IMG/VR virus record: IMGVR_UViG_3300005937_000009
Span: 1-64,000 of that record
Length of the DNA: 64,000 nucleotides
Direction: 5' to 3' (one strand)
Origin: a virus
Lineage: Duplodnaviria > Caudoviricetes
Below the pieces are notes generated by a model. That model had not been told where the DNA came from. It was given only the letters and a program-made list of their open reading frames with translations, and made no database searches. Position numbers and translations under genes: made by a program. Positions 53,518 through 61,809 of this stretch are shown in pieces (the first letter of the stretch is position 1; every line of letters begins with the position of its first letter).

Positions 53518-54412
53518 GTGGTTCCTCTCGAACAGGTTTAAGACTTTCCGCGAATAAATCCCGGAAGTTCCACCGGTTCAAAGTCGATCGCGGGTGCGTG
53601 CGTTTCAGCCAATCGGGGAAATTTCTAATCTGGCCTGGAGTCGCCTTGTACTTCATCGCCAAGACCCCTAAGACCTGCAATTCGTTCCAGTTGTAAGCCG
53701 GAAAGATGTCCGATAGAGCGTCAAACACATTCCCTACGTCGGCGTCGGGTAGGGGCTCAGCCCCCCCCACTACCACGGGCAGGCGTACAGGTGGGGGTGT
53801 ATACGGGATCTTAGGGGGTGGGATCTCTTCTTCTTTGCATGTCTGCATGTTTGTATGCATGTATGTATGGCTTGACTGCGCTTGACTGCGCTTGACCGGG
53901 CTTAGCCGCGCTTGACCGGGCTTAGCCTGACTAGGCCCTGCTTGAGTCTGATAACCTGTGTTATGTTCGGCTTGACCGGGCTTAGCGCCGTCTGGCTCGG
54001 TTTGGCTTTGGTTATCAGACCCAGCCTCGGCAGGTAGCGGACTATGCCCATTAGTGGCGGCTTTAACCTGCGCAGCTTGTGCGCGGGCAATGCCACCCTG
54101 GCGCCCATTATTGGCCATTCGTTCGGCGAACTCCTGTCGCTCCTGAATCGTCTGAGCGGCCAGATTGATCATCATTTTTCCATTTTGGAAGGTGGCAAGG
54201 CGTTTGAGATATGGTCTCAGGGCTTTGATCCGCTCGGGCTCCATAGCGGTCATAAACGCCAGTTCTTCGTCATCATCGGGGAGGGGACCGAGTTCCAGGC
54301 AATAATCAACGAGGTAGAGAAATTCTGCCCGTTGTGTGCCATTGGGGATGGCTGCCGCGACCGCGAGCCGTCGAGCTGGCCACATCTTGAACCAGTTAGA
54401 GTCTTGAGCCAT
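53333..54412 (-). CDS. Replication initiator (lambda O / YdaU-like) carrying internal iterons
   Basis: N-terminal WFKMWP...FLYLVDYC..GPLPDDDEELA pattern; low-complexity middle encoded by 10-bp repeats. Confidence 0.75.
   Translation of the reverse strand: MAQDSNWFKMWPARRLAVAAAIPNGTQRAEFLYLVDYCLELGPLPDDDEELAFMTAMEPERIKALRPYLKRLATFQNGKMMINLAAQTIQERQEFAERMANNGRQGGIARAQAAQVKAATNGHSPLPAEAGSDNQSQTEPDGAKPGQAEHNTGYQTQAGPSQAKPGQARLSPVKRSQAQSSHTYMHTNMQTCKEEEIPPPKIPYTPPPVRLPVVVGGAEPLPDADVGNVFDALSDIFPAYNWNELQVLGVLAMKYKATPGQIRNFPDWLKRTHPRSTLNRWNFRDLFAESLKPVREEPHAETKARFESRAERNERNASLTLQRLGFNRPSRGPEGATGASGADILVDSASPRRVQSGRT
53836..53990. repeat. Putative replication origin: 10-bp-period GCTTGAC/GCTTAGC repeats plus an AT-richer (GT)ATG tract
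   Basis: cttgactgcg x2, cttgaccggg x3, cttagc.. x3 in 10-bp phase; TGCATGT/TATG repeats at 53836-53869. Confidence 0.7.
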
Positions 54413-55052
54413 GGGATACCTCCAATTGCTGTATAGATTCTTGAATCGGCATGCCGTCCATGCCGTCGCCTAGTTGGGTCCAGCCGGGGCGGGCCGGGAA
54501 AAGGGGGCTCATTGGTCGTGCGAAGATCTCGAGGCGGGGCGGGTCCGAGACGCTTTCAATTAGCCGGTAGCTGGCCTCTGGCTTCCGAGAGTGCCGGCCC
54601 TGCTTCGGTCTCCCCCACTTGTAGCGCTGGTCGATGGGCTCGAGGTCTCCCATGTCGTCGGCGGGTTCGGTCTCTTCGTAGTAGTTGGGATAGTACCGGC
54701 CTTGATTGAACTGGCAGCGCTCTTTATAGCCGAATAAGAGATGTTCGGTGAGCGAGACGAAGTAATTGCCGAATCCCGAAGGTTTGGCCCAAGTGATCGG
54801 CGCCAGATAGGTAAAGCCCCAATGGCGCATGAGCTTGAGGCCATCTTCGAGGAATTGATTCACGACCCATAGCCAGAGATGCGCCCCCCTGTCGGCCAGG
54901 TCGCCCACCGGGAGGGCGTAGATATCATCGAGCGGCATTGTTTCGTAGGGAAGCGTCCGGGGGCGTTCGTGCCGACCTCCAGCCTTGTTGTATTGGCCCG
55001 CGACCTTCATGGGCCATGGGGGATCGATCAGAATACACTGGTAAAGCGTCAC
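54396..55052 (-). CDS. MT-A70 family adenine methyltransferase
   Basis: ILIDPPW, HLWLWV, WGFTY...ITWAKP, EHLLFG, HSRKPE, RLEIFAR. Confidence 0.92.
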   Translation of the reverse strand: MTLYQCILIDPPWPMKVAGQYNKAGGRHERPRTLPYETMPLDDIYALPVGDLADRGAHLWLWVVNQFLEDGLKLMRHWGFTYLAPITWAKPSGFGNYFVSLTEHLLFGYKERCQFNQGRYYPNYYEETEPADDMGDLEPIDQRYKWGRPKQGRHSRKPEASYRLIESVSDPPRLEIFARPMSPLFPARPGWTQLGDGMDGMPIQESIQQLEVSHGSRL

Positions 55053-55128
55053 ACTTTGCCCTCCCACCCGTGCGGGTGCTTTTGGGGATTAAGTTGGAAA
55101 GATAGAGAGGCTGAGACTTGGAAGGTCT

Positions 55129-55494
55129 AGCCCCTTATCCGTGTTCTATTTCTGAGTTGTGGCGCAACTGCAAAGATAGGCTCGCGTGACGAGAGACACC
55201 TTTAGGCGGGTGTCACAGATAAGGGGCTGTATTGCAAAACGTGCTGACATTATAGCCTATAACCGTTAAACCTGTGTGATGATTTTAGCCCTCACACGCG
55301 ATGAATTTTTACAATTGCGCCTCCATGAACATAACATGGCGTGCGCACTGTGGCAAGAGATATCTTTCCAGGTAGTCTACTTTCTGTTCTTGAATAAGAT
55401 CTTTTCGAAAAGGACGACCAAACATAATTTCCCGATTCGGACGATCTCAAATTCCTCTGCCGCCTAAAGGCGGTCAGTCTCCTTGATTGGTCAA
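55129..55494 (+). mobile_element. Candidate miniature IS200/IS605-like (or REP-doublet) element
   Basis: AT-richer island with GACACC-TTTAGGCG-GGTGTC and CCGCC-TAAA-GGCGG hairpins in inverted orientation, and TCAA about 17 nt after the right hairpin. Confidence 0.4.
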
Positions 55495-55636
55495 ACTCTG
55501 GGTTGCTGGTGAGCCATTGATAACCGGGGATCAAGATCGTTTTACCGCGCTTGCGCCACGGGATGCGCCCGAGGGTGAGCCCTTCCCTTTTGATCTTCGG
55601 CAGCATATGGGCTGCCGTGAAGTGATACAGGGTCAT
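55292..55636 (-). CDS. ADP-ribosyltransferase-like N-terminus, possibly truncated
   Basis: MTLYHFT...IKREGL..G...WLT resembles H-type ART folds; the C-terminal half reads through the island. Confidence 0.4.
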   Translation of the reverse strand: MTLYHFTAAHMLPKIKREGLTLGRIPWRKRGKTILIPGYQWLTSNPEFDQSRRLTAFRRQRNLRSSESGNYVWSSFSKRSYSRTESRLPGKISLATVRTPCYVHGGAIVKIHRV

Positions 55637-55638
55637 CC

Positions 55639-55935
55639 TTAGTCATCCTCCAGCGTCCCCAACTCACGGGATAGCTTGAAATACTCCTCAATCCGGGCTC
55701 TCTTCTTCGCTACCAGTTCCCTGCTATTGACCGGCATCCGTAATGCCCCCGTATCATCAAGCATCTCAATGACAGCCCATAAATCGGCAATCTCGCGTGA
55801 GATGCGGTCAGCATTGGTTAAGGTCTGGCCCGGTTCGATCTGTTCGAGGCTGAATCGGAGGGCTTTTGCTGCGCGCTGTGCGACTTCTCCGCACTCTTCG
55901 GCGAGGATCACTAGCAGATGTTCAGTTCTGGTCAT
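55639..55935 (-). CDS. MazG-like nucleotide pyrophosphohydrolase
   Basis: LAEECGEVAQ.AAKALRF...REIADL (EExxE...E..D). Confidence 0.85.
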   Translation of the reverse strand: MTRTEHLLVILAEECGEVAQRAAKALRFSLEQIEPGQTLTNADRISREIADLWAVIEMLDDTGALRMPVNSRELVAKKRARIEEYFKLSRELGTLEDD

Positions 55936-56072
55936 ATGGAATTTAAAGAGCCGAGGGTGATATCCGCACCCCCGGCCCATCATTGATGGTTTAACAGATT
56001 GCACGTCTGCCCCCATCAGGGGTAGCACGATCTTCGATTGCCGACAGCCTTTAAACCTTTGCGTGATCTTGA

Positions 56073-56150
56073 CAACAAGCGCTCTGCGATTGAGCTACCC
56101 CCGCATAAGTGAAGAGCGGGGGGCCGGAATTGAACCGGCACATCTTGTTA
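56073..56150 (-). ncRNA. Circularly permuted tRNA-like module 2 (YrlA-like topology)
   Basis: AACAAG-ATGT-[GCCGG TTCAATT CCGGC]-CCCCCGC-loop11-GCGGGGG-TA-[GCTC..GAGC]-G-CTTGTT. Confidence 0.85.
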
Positions 56151-56219
56151 GGGTGCATCGGTAGTCGATTCGGCAAAACGTGCCAATACTGAGTCTCTGT
56201 GGAATAGTCTTAACTTGAT

Positions 56220-56310
56220 CCGGCCCGGATTGCTCCGGTGTCTGCCAGTTCCACCACCCCGACGCAAGATCATGTAATGTCGGGGGCAGGATTCGAACCT
56301 GCAAGCCGGG
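56220..56310 (-). ncRNA. Circularly permuted tRNA-like module 1
   Basis: [GCAGG TTCGAAT CCTGC]-CCCCGAC-loop15-GTCGGGG-TG-GTGGAACTGGCAGACAC-CCGGA(GCAA)TCCGG. Confidence 0.85.
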
Positions 56311-56351
56311 TTTGTTGAGTCTAAACTTGAGCTTCAGCTTACCCACACTCG

Positions 56352-57083
56352 TTATTGTAGCAGATAATCGAAGAGAGCCTTCCCGATTCTCTGCTCTGGT
56401 GCGTCAGTCATGTTGGCGGCCTCACGAGCCACCTTGACGGCTTTCTGGACCTCTTCGACGCGATTTAAAAGAACTTTCTTCCTGGCAGCGGGGATCGCCC
56501 CGCTGTGCTTAACAGTGTCCCAATAGCCGACCACGATATCTTCCGTCATAATCACAACCTGCGCGGGATGCTCGACCGTGGCGGGATGGGCCACGACCGG
56601 CGTTTGTGTCTTCTTCGTGCGGTGCGCGGTGTTGGGCACTGTTTTATAGAGCCCGGTGCTAGTGTCCAATGCCCAATCATCGGCCTCATCGAGCACGGGG
56701 AGTTTGTCAATAAAAGTCCGAATCTCTTGGAGCCTCTTTTCGAGCCATAGAAGGAAAGAAACCGGCACTTTACTGATCAGTATTTCGCCGTTAACGATCA
56801 CATCGGCGCTCGCATGTTGATTGGCGTAATCCTTCGTCGCCGTCACGTCAAGCCATTCGGTAAACCGCTCCGCCGCTCGCTGGAGGACATCACCGGCAAG
56901 CAACTGGACTTTCAATTGTTCGGACGGATACTTCTCCCCCTCCTCATCTTTGGGGCGGTAGGTCTTGGCGAAGCCTGAGAAGAGTTGCGCCTTCTGCGCG
57001 TCATGATGCAATTTGGTCAGGTCGCTATCAGCGCGAGCCTGTGCGCTCTTCTCGATCGCCACGATTTGATTTAACTTGTGCAT
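56352..57083 (-). CDS. Conserved helical protein (DUF7873-like)
   Basis: MHKLNQIVAIEK...FSGFAKTYRPKDEEGE...DVTATKDYAN..A.ADV...VPVSFLLWLEK.L...LP.LD...HPAQV...VG.W...SGAIP resembles the family annotated DUF7873 (from memory). Confidence 0.7.
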   Translation of the reverse strand: MHKLNQIVAIEKSAQARADSDLTKLHHDAQKAQLFSGFAKTYRPKDEEGEKYPSEQLKVQLLAGDVLQRAAERFTEWLDVTATKDYANQHASADVIVNGEILISKVPVSFLLWLEKRLQEIRTFIDKLPVLDEADDWALDTSTGLYKTVPNTAHRTKKTQTPVVAHPATVEHPAQVVIMTEDIVVGYWDTVKHSGAIPAARKKVLLNRVEEVQKAVKVAREAANMTDAPEQRIGKALFDYLLQ

Positions 57084-57616
57084 TTATCTTGAGTCTCCGA
57101 TTTATCTTGAATTTGTTCAATATTGATCTCAGTCAGCCATTGCCGCACGGGTTCCAGGGCCGCTCCTACTGGCGTATTGGGCGCGAAGTAAGAGACCTTA
57201 TCAATCGTTGTAATCAGCACGGCAACGCTGTGAATTAAGCCCTCAATAGCGATGGTCTGCGCGATGAGGGCGTTATACTTGGCTAATGCCTGATCTGCGG
57301 CATCGGCCACCATCTTATAGGATAGATCCTTCATCCTGGCTACGTCTTTCCAGTAATCGCGTTCTCTTTCCAGCCGTTCGCATTTCTCTTCGAACTGATC
57401 TCGATCGTATCGCAGCGTTTCAGCCTGTTTGTCCTGCTCGTCCCGCTGCCGTTCTACGTCGGTTATTGCTGTCTTGAAGCTGTCTATTTCTGCCAGCGCT
57501 CCCGCAAGCGCTTCAGCGAACCGGCGGAACTTGCCGCCGATGCGCGCAATCTCCATTTTCGCGTTTTCAAGTTGCTCTTGTAGTTGTGTAATCTGCTCCG
57601 CATCAGTGTCGGTCAT
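57071..57616 (-). CDS. Coiled-coil hypothetical protein
   Basis: Heptad-rich, 181 aa. Confidence 0.65.
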   Translation of the reverse strand: MTDTDAEQITQLQEQLENAKMEIARIGGKFRRFAEALAGALAEIDSFKTAITDVERQRDEQDKQAETLRYDRDQFEEKCERLERERDYWKDVARMKDLSYKMVADAADQALAKYNALIAQTIAIEGLIHSVAVLITTIDKVSYFAPNTPVGAALEPVRQWLTEINIEQIQDKSETQDKCTS

Positions 57617-57993
57617 TCCTTCTCATCCTCCTGAAAATCGTTCGGTAGTGCCGTGCGCCAGGTCGAACAATGAGCGCAACGGATCTCAACCAAGGGGGCG
57701 CCGTCGCCGTCTTCGATTACCTCATCATCCCCATCGGTGATAACGCCCCGATCCTGCCATCCGGTAAGCCAGTGATGCGAGCCGGGAGGCTGGGAGCCAC
57801 ACCCCGCGCACATTCCATGACACAACAACTCACCGATCAGCAGAAACCAATTCTCTGCCCCTTCCGTCTCGTTCAGGATCTCGACCGCCCGCACTCCGTC
57901 CCGGAGGTCGTCAAAGTCTAGCTTGTGGTCGATCGACACCGGGCAAACCTCTATCCCGTCCGGGTCTCGGTGGCCTAAGTGCATATTGGTCAT
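57613..57993 (-). CDS. Hypothetical Cys-containing protein
   Basis: ATG at 57993 with GAGG SD; CAGC and CAHC motifs. Confidence 0.55.
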   Translation of the reverse strand: MTNMHLGHRDPDGIEVCPVSIDHKLDFDDLRDGVRAVEILNETEGAENWFLLIGELLCHGMCAGCGSQPPGSHHWLTGWQDRGVITDGDDEVIEDGDGAPLVEIRCAHCSTWRTALPNDFQEDEKE

Positions 57994-58202
57994 ATTAGCC
58001 TCTGGTGGAACCGGTCGAGGTCGATCATCAGTTCTATCGGGTCCGGATCGCAGAAATCTTCCTCGCTGCACCCGTCATGGCAATCGTCACAATCACATGT
58101 ATCGAGATATGGTCCGATCTCATCATCGTCAATCCATCGGCTACGCTGGCATAGGCCGGGATCGCCTGAATTACAGCCGTTTTCACAAAACCATTCATCC
58201 AT
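57990..58202 (-). CDS. Small acidic Cys-rich protein
   Basis: 70 aa; GAGGAG SD. Confidence 0.55.
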   Translation of the reverse strand: MDEWFCENGCNSGDPGLCQRSRWIDDDEIGPYLDTCDCDDCHDGCSEEDFCDPDPIELMIDLDRFHQRLI

Positions 58203-58215
58203 GGTCTATCCTCCT

Positions 58216-58593
58216 CTAAGCCGTCAACTGCGGCGTGTATCTAATGGCCTCCGCTTCGGCCTTCTCCAGCGACAGCAGGCTTTGTAATGCGGATATCTGA
58301 GCCTGTAACGACTTAACAAGTTCTCTCGCGGCCTCGTGGTTCGCTTCGGCTAAGCGGACCCGTAACATTTCTTTCTCACAGGCCAGATCAATCATGGCCT
58401 TAAGATGGGGTTCGGTGGGCTTCTTCCCTTCTCCCTGCGCGGCCATGATCTCCAGATATTTCATGGCCTGCGCCTTCCGGTATCCGTGCTCAGCCTCGCC
58501 GTGCTCAATAGCTATGGCCTTGTGCTGCTCACCGGCTGCCGCAAGCTGCTGGATGCCGTCAAGAATACGAGTTTGTAATGCTTCTGAAATCAT
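58216..58593 (-). CDS. Coiled-coil phage protein
   Basis: AEHGYRKAQA...AALQSLL pattern; AAGGA SD. Confidence 0.65.
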   Translation of the reverse strand: MISEALQTRILDGIQQLAAAGEQHKAIAIEHGEAEHGYRKAQAMKYLEIMAAQGEGKKPTEPHLKAMIDLACEKEMLRVRLAEANHEAARELVKSLQAQISALQSLLSLEKAEAEAIRYTPQLTA

Positions 58594-58602
58594 TGATAGT
58601 CC

Positions 58603-59490
58603 TTATTTGCCGCAAAGTAAGCCACAACTTGTTAGTGCTAGCTCCGTCTCCCCGTGCTCTCCAAAGAGACCGCCATCTAATCTTTTCCGGATCATCTGAC
58701 ATACTTCTTGAGCCCTCTTCTTTAGTAATCGCGCTCGATTATTGCGTATGAAATTATCAATATGTCCAGCTTCATATATCCAAGTGAAAGGCGCTTGTTG
58801 CAAGCGCCCTGTGAATCTTTCAAGACGGACAGCCTGTTCAAACAGGGGGGGGTGGGTCTCCGCAAGCCATACCCATTCATAATAGCGTTGATAGAAGCAG
58901 AAAGAGCAATTAGCGCGAGTGCGGCCAGCGAAGAGCATGCGCTGTTCCCATGGCTCAAGCTCGTCAATCAATTCCCATTTATCGCCCAGCATTTCGCAGA
59001 CTTTATAATAGAGAGAAGGCCAAAAGAATGCTGGCGGCAACAGGCCGCGCCTATTTAGTATGATCCATACTCCGCGTAGATCTATGCCAGCTTCCATCAA
59101 TGGGTAGATAGGGATAGTAGTATCTGAGGGGCGCACACCGGGTCTTTGCTCGTCGGCCCGCAGTCCATAATATACATAATTGCGGCCTTTACCATACCAG
59201 CGCTCCATTGGCCCGATTTTGGCGCGAGACGTGCAGAAGCGACGGTTAGCTGAAGGTATCATGTCTAATCGCTTGATCAAATCAGGTAGGCTCTTACCAA
59301 TCCTGTGTATCTTCCATCCCGTTGATTGTTCTACTTTATCTAACCATTGATATGTTTCCGGCAGTTCAGCTTTTACATCACAATACAGGAATGTATAAGG
59401 CAGGTCCGGGTATCTAGTTGTCTGAATCAATGCGGCGGCTAATGAATCCTTCCCGCTGATCGTAATATAGTGCCTCTCTTCCATCGTCAT
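58603..59490 (-). CDS. PAPS-reductase-family protein
   Basis: ISGKDS (PP-loop), ELPETY, RFCT...KI.P, YGLRADE, RANCSFCF. Confidence 0.85.
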   Translation of the reverse strand: MTMEERHYITISGKDSLAAALIQTTRYPDLPYTFLYCDVKAELPETYQWLDKVEQSTGWKIHRIGKSLPDLIKRLDMIPSANRRFCTSRAKIGPMERWYGKGRNYVYYGLRADEQRPGVRPSDTTIPIYPLMEAGIDLRGVWIILNRRGLLPPAFFWPSLYYKVCEMLGDKWELIDELEPWEQRMLFAGRTRANCSFCFYQRYYEWVWLAETHPPLFEQAVRLERFTGRLQQAPFTWIYEAGHIDNFIRNNRARLLKKRAQEVCQMIRKRLDGGLFGEHGETELALTSCGLLCGK

Positions 59491-59495
59491 CACCT

Positions 59496-59918
59496 CTAAA
59501 ATACTTCCGCCAACCAGTATGTTACCTCTGGGTCGCTGTGCATAAACGCCCATGGGTTGATCTCGCGCCCATGCCGCCAGCAAATCAACTCATCGGGCTT
59601 GATGTCCAGTTTGATGGGGTGATGATGCCAGGTCGAGGCATCGTTGCGCACCGCATGGCCGCGCAGCACTAGCGTTATATCGTGCGTTTCGGGCTCGGTC
59701 TTGAACCGGTGGGCGCAGATCGCACAAGTGTTGTATTTCTTCGTCCCGGCCTTGACCGTCGGCACGATGATATGGCGCTGTTGCCCCTCGGACCATGTGC
59801 CGCGCTTCATCCCTACATGCCCACATTGCCCGCAAGCGATATCGGCAATGCGCGTACCCTTTGTAAGTCGGATGCGATAATCCGGCGTGCTGCATTTCGG
59901 ACAGATGATTGTTGCCAT
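59496..59918 (-). CDS. Zn-ribbon protein
   Basis: CPKC, CGQC, CAIC; GGGGGAGAG SD. Confidence 0.6.
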   Translation of the reverse strand: MATIICPKCSTPDYRIRLTKGTRIADIACGQCGHVGMKRGTWSEGQQRHIIVPTVKAGTKKYNTCAICAHRFKTEPETHDITLVLRGHAVRNDASTWHHHPIKLDIKPDELICWRHGREINPWAFMHSDPEVTYWLAEVF

Positions 59919-60015
59919 GATCTCTCTCCCCCAGAGCCGAGCGGGGTTAGCCCCGTTCCCGCTCGGCTGTCGCTGCGCTGGTCATTCTCCCGGTTGACCG
60001 GACCAGCGCAAACCC

Positions 60016-61065
60016 TTACCCCTTCGCTTTCGCGGCGGCAATAAGCCCGCTGAGCGCATCATCCAGATAACAGAGTGTCTGCATGCTGCACTGCTGAAGA
60101 ATGACCCCCATGGTATGCTCCTTGATTGCGATATCAATGTCGGAAGCATCGACCCCCAGCCGTTCAGCGTCCGCAATCTTCGCCTCGATGATCTCGGCTG
60201 CATTCAGGCGGGCCATCTCCTCCGGATCAGAGACCGAATCAAGAGGCGCTTGCGGGTCAATCATGGTCGCGGCTTCGGCCATTGTCGCCGCAATGCTGGC
60301 CAACCTATCGCGGACCTCGGCACCTCTCATGCCCTCGAATTGGGCCTTGATCTGGCTAGCCGTCTTACTCGCGGTTTCCCTGTTGAACCACTCATGAAAA
60401 ATGTTCTCCGCATTCTCGGGCCAGAATCGGCGTAAGCGGTCGCGGGTATTCGCTAACTCTTCGCTCTCTTCGATCTGCGGTTGAGGGTTTACGATCTTGA
60501 GATGAGCTTCCGTAACCGTCTGGACCGGGAGCACAAATTCACTGGTAGTTGCGTTGGGGATGTCTGGCGTTTCGTTCTCATCGGGAAGCGCGACGCCGCA
60601 CGCCTGGAGGGTGGCGCGCCGTCGAGCCTGAGTTGCCGCCTTTTTCAAGGCGTTCTCCAGGTAGCTGCCCGACTTCCCGGATTTATCTACCATCGATTCG
60701 CCGGTAAATTCCCGGCCATTGGGAAATTTGAGGGTAACGAAACAGAAGATGATTTTTAACGCTTCGTTGTATTCATAGCGCGGGGTGCCGTAGCTGATCT
60801 TATGCATTCTGGCGAGTTGCGCCGAGCATGAGGAGTTCGGATAGAGCTTGACGCGGATCTTGTGCCCGTCGCCGTCGCGCTCCTTCTGGGTGAGCAGATC
60901 AAACGGGCGGCTCATCGGGTCAAGCCCTAGATAATTACAGTAGGCTTGATAATAGATCCATCGCTCGTCCTCGGTGAGTGTGGAAAGATCACCCGTGAGG
61001 GCTGCTTTGCGGAATAATTCGTCATCTTTAATGGCTAAAGCTTGTGACATATGAAAATACCTCAT
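60016..61065 (-). CDS. RecT/Bet-like single-strand annealing recombinase
   Basis: GDLSTLT..ER..YY...C..LGLDPMSRPFDLL...KKAATQARRRATLQACG...DENE. Confidence 0.7.
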   Translation of the reverse strand: MRYFHMSQALAIKDDELFRKAALTGDLSTLTEDERWIYYQAYCNYLGLDPMSRPFDLLTQKERDGDGHKIRVKLYPNSSCSAQLARMHKISYGTPRYEYNEALKIIFCFVTLKFPNGREFTGESMVDKSGKSGSYLENALKKAATQARRRATLQACGVALPDENETPDIPNATTSEFVLPVQTVTEAHLKIVNPQPQIEESEELANTRDRLRRFWPENAENIFHEWFNRETASKTASQIKAQFEGMRGAEVRDRLASIAATMAEAATMIDPQAPLDSVSDPEEMARLNAAEIIEAKIADAERLGVDASDIDIAIKEHTMGVILQQCSMQTLCYLDDALSGLIAAAKAKG

Positions 61066-61242
61066 TACCTCTAAAAGTGTTTGGAAAAATCCCCGGTCAA
61101 TCTATCTTCATGTCTGCATCTACTATCCCCGATTGACCGGGGTTTAGGTGAAACATCCCCCCTAGAGGATGCCCCAATATCCGGGCGTATTACCCTCGCC
61201 CGCAGGTTGCCCCGGCGCATGCCGGGAGAACTGAAAAGAACC

Positions 61243-61656
61243 TTACAGGCCGCGAGCATCTAACCAATCGGCTATAGCTTCGCGGGTCCATTCGTGGTAA
61301 TCGTTCAAATGAACGATCATGTCATCCAGGCTACTCTCGGTATCTTCATGGCCTCCATCGCAATCATCCACCGGACATGGATAGAGCGGAATGCCACTAT
61401 CATCTTCAAGGCTCGTCCCGTATATAGCCGACATAAGACCGTCAAACTTTTCGATATGGCGACCATAATCAAGGGCCGCATGCAGCATCTTATCCTCATC
61501 GGTGACGATGCCCGCGCCCTCTAATCCCGCACCCCACGCGCAAGAGCCTATTTCGCATTCTTCATCGCCCCTGCTTTTACGGATGAATCCAAATAGACTA
61601 CCCTCGCATTGAGGTCTCTTGGCCGCTCCGATTCTGATTGCCTGTGATAACTTCAT
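61243..61656 (-). CDS. Hypothetical phage protein (MKLSQAIRIGA family)
   Basis: MKLSQAIRIGA...CAWGAGL...CP...I.HLND.H.WTRE.IADWL. Confidence 0.7.
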   Translation of the reverse strand: MKLSQAIRIGAAKRPQCEGSLFGFIRKSRGDEECEIGSCAWGAGLEGAGIVTDEDKMLHAALDYGRHIEKFDGLMSAIYGTSLEDDSGIPLYPCPVDDCDGGHEDTESSLDDMIVHLNDYHEWTREAIADWLDARGL

Positions 61657-61809
61657 GGTCCGTCCTTTGTGTTTGGCGGCAGGTTCAGCGATTCCCCCAT
61701 TAGATACCATTCCAAAACCGCCTCCCCTGCCGTATTTGGGCGCCCCGCTTGCGGCACCTGATCCACAGTTCCCGCTCCCTCACGGGAAGGCCGAACGCGG
61801 GGCGATAAC

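Noticed and set aside
53870-53990. CRISPR or minisatellite unrelated to replication
   Set aside because: No unique spacers; position inside the initiator gene fits iterons.
56073-56310. Ordinary tRNA genes or att-site tRNA fragments
   Set aside because: The 3' half precedes the 5' half in both modules, and both halves pair perfectly, unlike att remnants; no integrase is nearby.
56095-56346. 83-aa ORF MGKLKLK...QVRILPP...WWNWQTP
   Set aside because: QVRILP and WWNWQT are the translations of tRNA T- and D-arm sequences; the region is better explained as structured RNA.
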